Source: Klebsormidium nitens
Lineage: Eukaryota; Plantae; Klebsormidiophyceae
DNA: 36,920 bases
Reading direction: 5' to 3'
Assembly (NCBI GenBank): GCA_000708835.1
Contig: DF237704.1
Coordinates: 1-36,920, forward strand
The translations under genes were made by a program, and so were the position numbers. Below the pieces are notes generated by a model, which saw nothing but the letters and a program-made list of their open reading frames with translations, ran no database searches and was not told where the DNA came from. Below are positions 21,170 to 32,500 of the stretch, piece after piece (the first letter of the stretch is position 1; every line of letters starts with the position of its first letter).

Positions 21170-24100
21170 TCAACCGAGCGATGTATTCGAAGCAAGCCTG
21201 CTTTGGAAGCTAGAGGCCCCTCTCTACTTAGAGAATAAGAAGCACATACAGACGTGTCCCACCTTTGCACTGCTGCAAATCGGAAAACCGGCACTCGCCA
21301 TGCTTGGGCCTTCTGAACAGCGAGCGGGTCCCCGTTCAACGACTTGGACACAACTCGAGCGGGATTTGATGTCGTCGCAACAAGGACGAACTGATGATGA
21401 AACAATATCTGGCATCAGTCTCTTAGACAAAGAGTCTACTGTGCAGCTTGTGCAATCAAACTTTTGTGTAGCTTCTGTGCAATCAGACTTCAGAGCGACC
21501 TGGAGCTAAGAAACGAACACTCCAAAAGTGAAACCCAACTTTTGACGCTCCGAGCACGCCAGGAGTAATACCAACTCATTCCGCAAGGCACAGAGGATTC
21601 GTCGTTTCCGAAACGTGATGTCCATCCTGATACTCTGTTGCGGCGATCGATACCAGCCAAGCTTTAGCTTTGCCGTGCAACGATGTGGTCTTCTCTGGAC
21701 CTGCCACAGAAAGCCCTCGCACACAGGCAAAAGTTGGCGGAAAGAGAGGGCAGGTGAGGCTTACGAGTGGAAAGATGAGGGCCCACACTGCGGCACTTGC
21801 AAAGAATGGCAAGAAGTAGGTGGCTATTGTACACGGCGCTCCTGTAAGGAACGACTTTTAGTACACGTCCATTCATGAGCTGAGACTGATTGCGGTTCCC
21901 TTCCGCTTCTCTTCTGTTTGTCTGGCTGCGAAAAGATCAGAACAGCGCTAACATGGTTCAGAACAGGTCGATTGACCAAAACCCAACCAAGGAATCTGGT
22001 GTGATGTCCGGAGCAAACGAATGAGGCCATATTCTATGGTGCTGATGGAGGAGCCGAATACGCCCTTTAAACGCTAACCGGGGCGCGCAATCTGAGCCCG
22101 CAAAAAATAAAGCAGAGAGTCTGGCACAATGTTCTTCATCTGTTAGCACCAGAGCTTTACAGAAACACAACTTACCAAACCCCGCGAAGAACGCCCAATG
22201 CGTTTCGAAGAAGCTGAGCCGTTCGTCCAGAGACCAGCCAGCCGACGACCACTTGTAACTGCATAAAGGGCACATGTCATGGTTTCTGACAAAGAGCAGG
22301 GGGAGCTGATAAAACAAGCGCTCGACAGGTCTAGCAACGGTTCTTCCCCAGTTGCAGATCGAAATTTACAGCGTACCAATCGACGTTCAAGGTTGAGAAG
22401 GTTACAGATCAAACTTCTGACCGATGACAGATAGTACCCCGGAACAAAAGCACCAATGTTGATTCAAATTATAACTCAAAAGTCAGATGTTCGCCCTGGT
22501 CCTAAAAAGGAGCAGTGAATGCGAAATATCGGATTCTCTGGCGTGTGCTTCGACAAGGCTGCAGAAAGCAGTGAACAATATTCTTAAGATCTGGCCTCTG
22601 GACGTGACCTGGGGACTGACTTGCAGGCAGAGAAATGTGAGATAGGCTTCATCAGCAGTACTTACTCATAGCAGTAGTATGCGTACAACCACGAGAGCAG
22701 CAAAAAGTTCATCGTCGGTCCGACGTACGGAACGATGCTGACGGCGTAAACCTGTGAAGATGAACGGCAAATGTTGTTGCTTCTGCGGTCTTGGCCAGCA
22801 TTCTATGACCTCAGCAACGATCGAGGATACCACAAAGCGCTTGACGAGCTGTGACTGGGCCATGAATTGACAGAATTGCGCCTCCAACAAACGTTGACAT
22901 CAGATAACGGCCTACAACCCGGTTATGAGTACTCAAAGAACTTGTTTAAGCCACGTAATACCACATTTCGTCGTACACTGGTCACACACGCCGGAAAAGC
23001 TCCGTTCGGCGGCCAGATTGTTCAACTTCCGGCCGCCGTCGACGGCGCCGTCGGCCACAAGATTCTTTCCCAGCTTTTTCCGGCCGACCGTCTGGGGACG
23101 GCCGGTGAACAATCCAGTAGGCTTTAAACACTGAAAATTTCGGCTGGCCGGTCCCCTCTGCCGGTATGTGTGAACAAGTGGCTTTTTCTGGCCGACGTCG
23201 ACGATAGAAGGGACCGCCGGCCGGAAAAGACCTCCGGCGTGTGTGACCAGTGTATCAGCATCTAACCGGGGCCATACAAACTTCGATACGTTCAGAGCCA
23301 CAAGCACCACAAGCATGACGTCAGCGAATGTCCTCAGCATAACGTCAGCTTGCTCACCTGTATTACAAAGACGGCAAACATGACGACCCGGTACACCTCC
23401 TCCCCAATCATTGTCACCAGCGTTTCAACCCCGCTCCCGCCCTGCTTGCTGGCGGGTGGGGGCGCCGGTTTTGACAGATCTGGCGGTTCGACCCCGAGCG
23501 CGGCAGCAAGCGAGCGGTCCCCCTGAAGGGCTTGATACGCGCGCTTCGCAATGTCTTGATGCCTGGGTAAAGTGCACGAAATGAACATGTGTCCTAAGAG
23601 ATTTTTGTTGGTCTGTTTCTCTTGGTTTTGTCGTCAGCTTCCTCTCTCGACTTGTCCGAAGGGAGCAAGAGCCAATTGGTTTTAAAACGAATGATGAACG
23701 TCAATAATAACCCGTGTGATAGTTGTGCTATGCGAACCAAAACCTCTAACGTCGATTGATAGGCAGTACTCTAAATAGTAAGGGACAAACCGGAAAATAA
23801 GAAAGGGCTAATCCGATTGGCAGCGGTCAAAATGTGACTTGAGACTCCTTGACGCACCCTTGTCAGTCTCGTTTGCAGAATGTTATAGAAGGCCTTTCCA
23901 TCTCTACCTTGTCCATCTCTACCTTATCGTTCCAATCGAACTAAGAAAGACAAGGTCAAGTACTTGGTCATAGTACAAGCGCCGTCCTCAAAAGCTTAGG
24001 TAAGAGATCGGTGCTATCAAAAGCAGCAGGCACAAATGATTGACATTGGTTACTTGAGCATCAATGATTTTCCGAAGTACGGGCTAGAGACTCAAACGTC

Positions 24101-26175
24101 CCTGTTGACTGGCGGAGGCCTCACCACATGCAGTTGATGACGAAGCTGACCACATAGATAGGGTAGAGCCACAACATCTGCATAGCAACGGACTGTCCAT
24201 CATGCTTCTTCCAATGACAGACAAAGGAGCAGGTTGCCACCATTTTTCCCACCTTGGCAACACTACAAGTGCGTAATGACAGAATCGATGTCAATCGGGT
24301 CCCAGCCTCCACTTGTTACTGGCTTATGATAAAAGGCTACCTGTTCAAAAGAAAAAACAGTCTCCAGACTGGTTTAGTCCAAGCTAGCTTCTGACTCCTC
24401 TTCTCAATCGCCTCTGGTCAAAACCGCAGCTCCAATGGCGGTGATCAATCCTGCCTGCTTACCACACCTACTACATAACGAAGGGTATATTATGCAAAAT
24501 CTGAAGTGCAACTCACGTTATACACGACAATGAGGAGAGAGTGCAGGGCCGCCAGGCCTCCTGCTCCGACGCCAGCGGTTGTTTCTGCTTTTGAGTGACG
24601 GGGTAAGTCGAGGAGGTAGCGCAAGGAAGGGTCAAGGAAACCCTTGAGCAGGATTATACTGGGAAAGCAGAAAAAATTTGGTCAGGTCAGAGGGTTGAAT
24701 ATCGAATCGGAGGTACTTCATCAACCTTCTGATAAGGGGCAAAAACATGCACCTCCATCTATGGTCCTCTCCTGGCAAAACCAGTCAACAGAGGGGTTGG
24801 TCAAAGTCGACATGAAACATTTGGAAGGGGCAGCTGACACAACATGTCACTCTTGTTGCAGAAAGCATCTACACTGCTCTTGGAACCAAGAACATCGCAT
24901 GCTATGTCTTGATTGCAAGGGGCTCATAGGAGAACTCAACAATTCTTTTCCTGGTATCTTGGAAACGCCAATTGTTAGCACTACTTAGTGGTAGTCCAGT
25001 CCAAGTCTCACAAAAATCCTTTTTAAAAGTCTAAACAAGACTAAAACAAACTTCTGGGGAAAAAGTGGTCAATAAAGGAAAAGAGCAAAGGTGCAGTTTC
25101 TACCTTCCCAAGAAGAAGAACCCGTTGAGAAGAGAGCACTGGCTGGTCCGCACAAGCACGGGGCGCGACCTACATTGGAGATGCACAAAATGGTCTTTCC
25201 TTGCCCCATTGCAGAGAAGTTGCCCCATTGCAGAGAAGAACATTCCGACTTGGATTACCCACTAATATGACAGAGAGTCAATGGAGAGCCCTGTTTGTTG
25301 ATGACACTGTAAATGGCAATTCAGCATGGAGCTTCCTTGCTTACCTCTTCTGACAAATATTTTCTGAAACCAGGTGATAACCCAACCTACTGGGTGACCA
25401 CCACTCTCTTGTTCAAAGCGGGACAAACAAAGTTGTGGAGAAAAAAAAAGCAAAAGTGAAGCACCAACAAACGACTATTTTCAAACATTCAACATGAAAG
25501 GAAGTGAAAACCAGCCAACTTTCAAGGACTTATTACCACCATTTCTGCTCATGTCTGGCGCCACCTTTCAGAACACCAAGACTGGCTCTCTGGAACAACG
25601 CTGCTGCTTAAGGTTCTAGGTTACAGGCATGATGTGACAAGTCCCATGACGAAAAAGAGAGCTGGACTGCTACAAGACCGATCTCTAACTTAAAGATGTC
25701 CCTATCAACAAGGGATGAGAACAAACCTGGCAAGAATTCCCACAGTCCTGTGAATCATCAGGGCCTCCCAAAAGCCCAATAACCAGCTTTGCACCGCATA
25801 CTTCAGAGACTCCCCCCAGGAGACGGGACCGCTAGGTGCAACTCTGCTGCCCCCCTTTTTGCTTCCCTCGTCAATTGTGGGCAGAATTTGCTGAGCAGTA
25901 TTATCTCGCTCCACCTCCCGAAGCAACCCTAGCCCCTGGAAAGCTGAGCTTTCGGAAGTGCTGGCTTCAAACCCGGAGCTAACTCTCTCATGACCACTTT
26001 CCTCCTTTCTAAATGTCTCCTCAAGTTTGGGAGTTCCACGCTTCCGGCTCCCACTTCCATCTGACGATGCAACCTCACTAGGGCGCATATTCCCAACGGC
26101 CGCCCTGCCCTGCAAAGGAGCGTAAGATGGGGAAGTGCTGAAGGGAAGACCACCTCGCGAGGGCGCCACGGCCAT
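21170..26175 (-). CDS. EI24: EI24 (etoposide-induced 2.4) homolog, 10 exons, ~438 aa
   Basis: Exons 26175-25727, 25169-25104, 24658-24517, 24177-24125, 23562-23358, 22751-22666, 22258-22176, 21841-21765, 21390-21263, 21197-21170 (last exon uncertain). Motifs: WLLGFWEAL.IHR, RTSQCSLLNGFFFLGS, LWLYPIYVVSF..N..WHQDIA, IGEEVY, PYVG..MNFLLLSWLYAYYCY.YKW, RL.FFETHWAFFAGFG, IFPLFV. An alternative upstream ATG lies at 26241. Confidence 0.92.
22976..23252. mobile_element. 277-bp MITE with perfect 20-bp TIRs (CACTGGTCACACACGCCGGA) and TA on both flanks, in EI24 intron 5
   Basis: Left TIR 22976-22995 and right TIR 23233-23252 are exact reverse complements. TA at 22974-75 and 23253-54. GC-rich, non-coding interior. 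Confidence 0.9.
23897..23925 (+). repeat. Short tandem duplication TCCATCTCTACCTT x2 (intronic)
   Basis: Copies at 23897-23910 and 23912-23925. Confidence 0.8.
25201..25238 (+). repeat. 19-bp tandem duplication TTGCCCCATTGCAGAGAAG x2 (EI24 intron 1)
   Basis: Exact adjacent copies. Confidence 0.85.
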
Positions 26176-26445
26176 TCCGTAGCGCCGCTTCAGCCTCAGG
26201 CTCAGCTCTGCAGACTGCAGCTCAGCTTGCCAAATTGGCATACGGCTGGAGGACTCGTGTTCCGTCCACTGGTAAGAATGAAGCGGACGGAAGTGTCCCA
26301 CGAGCAGCGGATCGCAAATTCTACCCGTCGAAGGAGGCTGTACTCAACTGTCCACAAGATGCTTTCGACGCCGGATGACGGTCGAACTTTTCCCTCCAAT
26401 TTGAGACTTCTCGAGACGAGTCTGCACGGTCTTGACTCTCTCTAG

Positions 26446-26466
26446 AGTAGGTATTCAATACCTACT
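26446..26466. promoter_or_regulatory. Perfect inverted repeat AGTAGGTATT-C-AATACCTACT in the divergent EI24 / RING-PUF intergenic region
   Basis: 10-bp arms with a 1-nt spacer, seen directly. The regulatory role is inferred from position only. Confidence 0.4.
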
Positions 26467-26564
26467 ACCGTAGGCCGGTATGAGCTGCACTGCCACAGGG
26501 AAGCTCAGCCTCAGCCAGGCTCAGGCTTTGTGGCTCTAGTGAGGGGACTCGGAACACGTGAAGA

Positions 26565-29500
26565 ATGGCGCACTCATCAAGGTCAAATGCAACAGACGGG
26601 CGCCCTAGGATGAAGGAGGGCGCCAAGATGGACGACCCCGAGGACCGGCTATGCAACATCTGCTGCGTGGAGCCGTCGGATGTCTACTTTGTACCCTGCT
26701 GCCATCAGAGCTGCGCGCAGTGTGTGCAGAAGCTTCGGATAGCAAACATTTACAAGGTACGCACGCGAGGATAGGTTCTGCTTGGAGGAGAATTTGTTAC
26801 AAAGAAGCTTCATTGGTGATCTCCTTATGCAGGAGAAAGAAGAGCTGCTGATGGGCTTTGAGACTTAGGGTTTCTTGGTAATGGTGCACAGTTCTTGTCC
26901 TTGGTCTGGTTGAATGATCAAGCAAACTAGAAAAGAGCCTGGTCATCGGGTTTTTGAGGAAACGGGCGCCTGAAAAGTCTAAATGATATTTAATTTGACT
27001 GCCCATGCTAAGTCAGGCTGGTCGGCGAAATTGACTTCGTCACGATCCTTGTGGTTTTTGAAGTGCAAAGCTGGCAGATGACCCCGTCAGAATCTCGGAG
27101 TTGGGGAATGCAACCAATAGGGACTGCCAGGGTTTGTGTGGGCTCCTGGTTTTACTACTCGATCTCAAAGACCTAGTCCTTTGGGGTTCTTTCCCCATGT
27201 CAAGTTACAGGGTTTGTAAACCTGTTCTTCTCTGAATTCTTGTAGCTCAGCAAAACTCTCTGCAATTGAATCAAAGTATGTGGCTAGACATTGTCCCCTC
27301 TACTGTAGATCTGAGCGGCAGGTTTGAATCATAGGCCCACAAATAGAGTGGAACTATTTATGAGGGAGTGGTGGCATTATCAGGAGAAAGAAAAGCTGCA
27401 AACCGTGGGTCTGAATGCACGGAGATCCTTGAAATAGGGGCATCGAAAGTTGGCGGCACGCTGCACTGTTTGACTGGGGTTCTGCGCATATCAGCGGTGT
27501 GGCAGGAGAATTCTCTTTTGGACTTCCGTGTTGGGATGGGGTTCATATCGGCTGGAGACCCTGAAGCGGTTTGCGAATGAAAGTCATTGTGAAAATAAAA
27601 TTTGAATGATTGCTATCTTTTCCTCTGTTCGTTTTTGAGAACATCGTGCAGTGCATCTATATCTACTGCATTCTTTCCATGCAGGCTGATAAAGGCGTTC
27701 GGTGTCCCTTCTGCCGCCAAGTAGTTGAGGGCTACAGTGATACTCCTCCTGTCCTTCAAAAAGAAACAAAACCAGTTGTTGAGGCCCCTAAAGGCCCTGA
27801 TCCTCGGACACTCTATGGGAGGAATGGGATCCAATCGATTGGCCAGGTCAATGAGTATGTGCCACCCCGGGGCATCTCAGAGCATATTCCCACCTTAGAC
27901 TCGTTACGAACAGATGCAATCCCAGAGGGTTATATTATACCACCGCTGACCGCAAAGAATGACGTTGTGGATATGATTCACGACAAAACGGTGAGTGGGC
28001 TCGTCATTTTGGTCCCTCTCTGCATTGTTTTTCTTGAAGAAGTATTCGGTGCTTGATCTGGCTTTTACGGGCTGCGGTCTAGGAACCATTTGATTGGTAT
28101 CAACTGCATTTATGGAGCAGCGCAGATTGGTGAGCTTCACATAAGTAGGTCTCAAAGTCCTTCAGACTGCTGACACTTTCTGTAGTTCGAATGCACCTCT
28201 CTTGATATGGTGGTCTGTCGCTTTTGGGAGGTTGCAATCTGTTCGAAGTGAATCATCTTCATCGCTCCTTGCAATGTTGCTGTGTGATTACATTGAGGAG
28301 TACTTCGTTGGAATTTCATTATCTCAGTCCGAACGGTTGATCAGAGAAGTTCGTCTTATGGTTGAGGACTTCTGCCACTTCAAGTGTGCCACTCCAAGTA
28401 TACTTACAGATGAACATTGCAGCAACATCACATGGTCTCTTTAATGCAAGAATGCATGTTCAAAAGGCTGTTTCATGAGCAAAGCAGCTTGACTGATACA
28501 CGATTGTTTGAGCATGCAATGCTTTGTCAGAGCATGTGCTTTTCAATATTGTTATGCTCACAACTGATCCGCAAATCACTGTGCAGGGTGCTCGTCATCT
28601 TGACTTCATGCTCAGAGATACCTACCCGAAGAGCGGAAAAGTAGCTCGTCAATGTGTAGTTTTGGGGCCTCATCTTAGCAAATTGGCGGCACATCGTAAG
28701 TGTGAACACGCACCTCTTGCAGCATCAATCCCCCTCCAAGCACTTCTAGTGTTGAATACCGCCTCTGAAAGCCTGCAGTTGTTGAAGTTGTTCCAAAAAG
28801 CAGGGAACAGGGGTTTCTTTGTGGTCAGGTGTCGGATACGCTCTTCTTTGGAGCTTCGCGAGTCAGATGCAATCGCTGCGACAGTAGCCCTGCGCTCCGC
28901 CCAGAAAGTCGTCCAGCCCATTGCCTTAAGGAGCTTGTCATTCAGACCTCAAGTCGGGGTTCCCACACTTCGCCTGTCGCTCAAGTTACTTTCTTGTCAC
29001 TTGCAGCTTTTGCAAACTATGTGGTTCAACGCCTTCTAGACTATGCCCACGCGCATCGGGACGGCCCCGACGGGTGGCCGGGCGGTTTTTTGACCCTGCT
29101 CAAGGCATTCTGTGCAAACGGGGGCCTTGTGGAAGCGGCCAAGGAGCAACGCGGAACTTTTGCTTGTCAGAGGCTGGTGAGATAATGTCTGTTGATTTCG
29201 ATCCTTGCATCCTGGTGCGGTCTACTGGACTCCTTGTTTGATTCACCTGTTGTCTACTCGTTCTCTTCTCCTGGCTTGCGGACAAGGAAAGGAGGGTACG
29301 AGCTTCAAAGCTTGACATTGAAAGGGCGAAATGAAGTAGGACAGCATTTGGACCAATGGAAGCAGAGCTGATAGAGGGAATGCGTACCCATGTCTGGCAG
29401 TCCGATGCAAAAGACAGTCACACATTCAAGGTGTCTACTAGAGGATTTCAGCAAGAGGATTTTGTAGAAGGTAATTTATGTAGTTGGATTCCAGGTGTCA

Positions 29501-32500
29501 GCAGCTTGGGAGTAGACTGTGTTAGCTCAGAGATTCGGAAAGTGGATCAACCCGAGAGCTCTGTTTGTGTGGCTGGTGGTTTGGGGTATTGGCTAGCTGA
29601 TTGCGGCTGCTATTGCGAACAGATACTGCATGATTCACTCTTGCAAACTCGTTTTTCTGTGTCTCACTGTACTTCTGTCCGCTGTGCTTCAGGCGTTATG
29701 GCTGCGCACGCAAGAGGATGTAGCTGTCTTCATAACAAGCCTGAAAGGTCACATGGTGAGACTGCTTGCCCCTTCACTCAGTATGTCCTTGCTCTGTTTT
29801 CAGCAGCCTTAATCTGCTGACCTACTGGACTTGCAGGTTCCCTTGTTGGGCAGGATTCAGATGGCAACCAGAGGGTTCAAACAGAAGTTGCTGTGCCAGT
29901 CAGCGTTGGGGCCTGTGAGAGAAGCGACTCTTTTCAAAAGCTGCAAGCGGGGAGGCTACAAGTCGCAAGTTACTTCATGCTGACATGGTCATCATTGGGT
30001 ACATGCTAAAAGAAGTGTTACATGGAGCAGTGCGCAAGCAGTCCTCTTGTCGAGGTCAAATTTCACTTCTGAAAGCTGTGAAGAGTTGCTGAATGGCTCT
30101 GGGAGACTAGTTGGGCGGCTAAGGATCCGCCTGAGCTTGGTGGGGTGCTCGAGAGGACGCTCGAATTGTTGTCCGCCCTAAAGAAAGGCTGTCGTTTCTC
30201 ATTGTTCTTGTCTAGCAGAAACGTAGAAGCCAGCGTGCTGACGTCATTCCGTCTCTCATCCCAGGTCACTCTGGCACTGGATCCCCATGCTTACTGGGTG
30301 ATTGAGCGCCTGGCAGAATCGTTCATCACGTCATTAGCTGCTCCCGTGGGGGCGAAACGAAACATCCCAATTGCGGTGGCACTGAAAGGCCTGCAGATAA
30401 TGTGCGAGGATATGGGGCCGCAAGCAGCACGGTTGTCAAAACATCAGGTAAGGCATTGAAAGCAAAGATTTATTCTCAGCATGAGAATCAGTGATTAACA
30501 GGCTTTCAGAGTTTTCGTGAGATGAGAAATATATGGATTACGAGGTGTATTGCATGTTGAGGGTACATTTGCAATTCTCGACTAGATTGAAAGAATTGAG
30601 GCTGCCGTTTTCCGCAATGGAGAGACGAATCGATTATAACTTGGATCAGGCCCTTTATGATCAAGGGACAATTTGACTACTTGTTTCGCTTCGACTGGTT
30701 TTTTTTGGTCCACATTCTGGAAGGTTTACCAGCATCTAATTGTCTCTCGCATTTCCCTCAGTTCGCAACAGCTGATTGCAACCAGCAGTGATCCTCCTAT
30801 TGTGCAATGAAACCGAGTGGCGTGGGCAATACTAAGCAGATCTACAAAGGCGACTCAATATGCTTGCACCTGTACCCACAATAGTAGACCACCCTCACCT
30901 CACCTTGCGCAATGGCTATCTCTACGTTGTTTTCGTCCACTTTAGTCGCTAATCAGTGCATCCTCTCTTGTGTGCTTCCAGCAAGCCAGCATGACCCTGG
31001 TTGAGTGCATCCGTTGGTGCGTACCGGCGCCCGAAGCCATGTCTGCTGCCATGACGTTAGCGGATTCCGCAAGGGAGATTGTGGGGTCCCGGTACCCTAA
31101 TCGTGCATTGCAAGGTTTGCTCACGTAAGTGTTTGATTCCCGCCGCTTTTTCGAAGCTGAACATCTTTGCATCGCTCTTGTTTCACTCTGATCTCATCGT
31201 TGCCTGGTTGGGCCACTTTCCGGGGCCTATGCTTTGGTTCACGAAAGTTTAGTGACGCTCGGATCCATCACATAACGAACATCTTTTTCTGGATTGGCCA
31301 CAGTCCACAGGGAGGAACGTCAGTACGACCTGATCCTCTGAGCTGTACCAGTCCCTTTCTGCTTTGAACCTCAAGACTTTATTGCTTTGACCGAGCGAAA
31401 GGTTTTTGGAGGGCTAAGGGCGCCGTTCGAAGTATTCAAGCTCTTCTGTAGCACAGTCTTATGCGTTTCCTCTTGTTTTTGCAGGTTAAACGTTCCGATT
31501 ATTGCAGAAGCCATTGTAACCCAATTGCGAGGAAAGCATGCGGAGCTGTGTCTCGATAAGGGCCCCAGTCTCGGTCCGAAGCTGACCAAGTCCATCCTGG
31601 CAACCCCCTGTGGTGAGAACACCGCTTCTTCGTATACGCTTTCCTCCACGAAAAGCGTGTGCTAGACTAGCTTGTGATCCAAGCAGTCTGCCGGCCGTTG
31701 GTTGTGACAGTCCCCGCCTGTTGCAAGCCCGAATAGTAACGGTAGATTTTGTCGGAAAGGCCGAATCTGGACGCTGCTGCTTGGACTGTGTATGTAACCA
31801 TGTTGCCAAACTCTAGTTGGATAGGCAGATGGTTCCTGCTTTCAGATAGGTAGATCGAGACCCGTCCATCCTGGGCAAATACCACCGGGAGTCCATAGGC
31901 TCAGCTCAGGATCCCCTTCCCCGTTCAATGTCGACGTTGACAGCCTTCCTTCCATCACCGGAGCTTTTCACCACTTGACTAGCAAACACCCATCGCACGG
32001 TCTTGGATTCCATTCGGGTTTTGGAGTTGAAATCTTGATACCCTTGCAAGTCATTTGGTATCCATGTAAACAATACCCGCCCGCGCTCTCCCACAAAAGT
32101 CTGCTACTCACGGACCCTGGATTCCGGAAATCTAGACTTCGGAACATCTTAACTTCTCATTCACCATCTTTGTGAGTGCAGTGGGCGACGAGCATCGCGT
32201 CGAGATCGTGGACGAGCTGCTGCATCCCGCCGTAATCATACCCATCCTCGAGAACGTTTTCGCAACAGACACGCTAGCATTTGGACTGGCCCTGCTGCCA
32301 AGAAGGTGAGCGGGCAACACATATCGTGGCAACACTGTGGATACTGGTGTATTTGTTTTGCTGACGTTGATTGCTGCTGGACCTGGCGTCACTGGTTGGC
32401 TGGTGGTATGTTCCAGATCAAATTGACTCCTTGCGAAAACGTCATCTCTATCAGGACCCCGTTGTAATAACCGTTATGATTTATTGCGCTCAAGAGGAAC

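Noticed and set aside
28202-28444. Additional RING-PUF exon (ORF 28202..28444)
   Set aside because: No clean splice pair keeps the phase, and exons 2 and 3 already join in phase 0.
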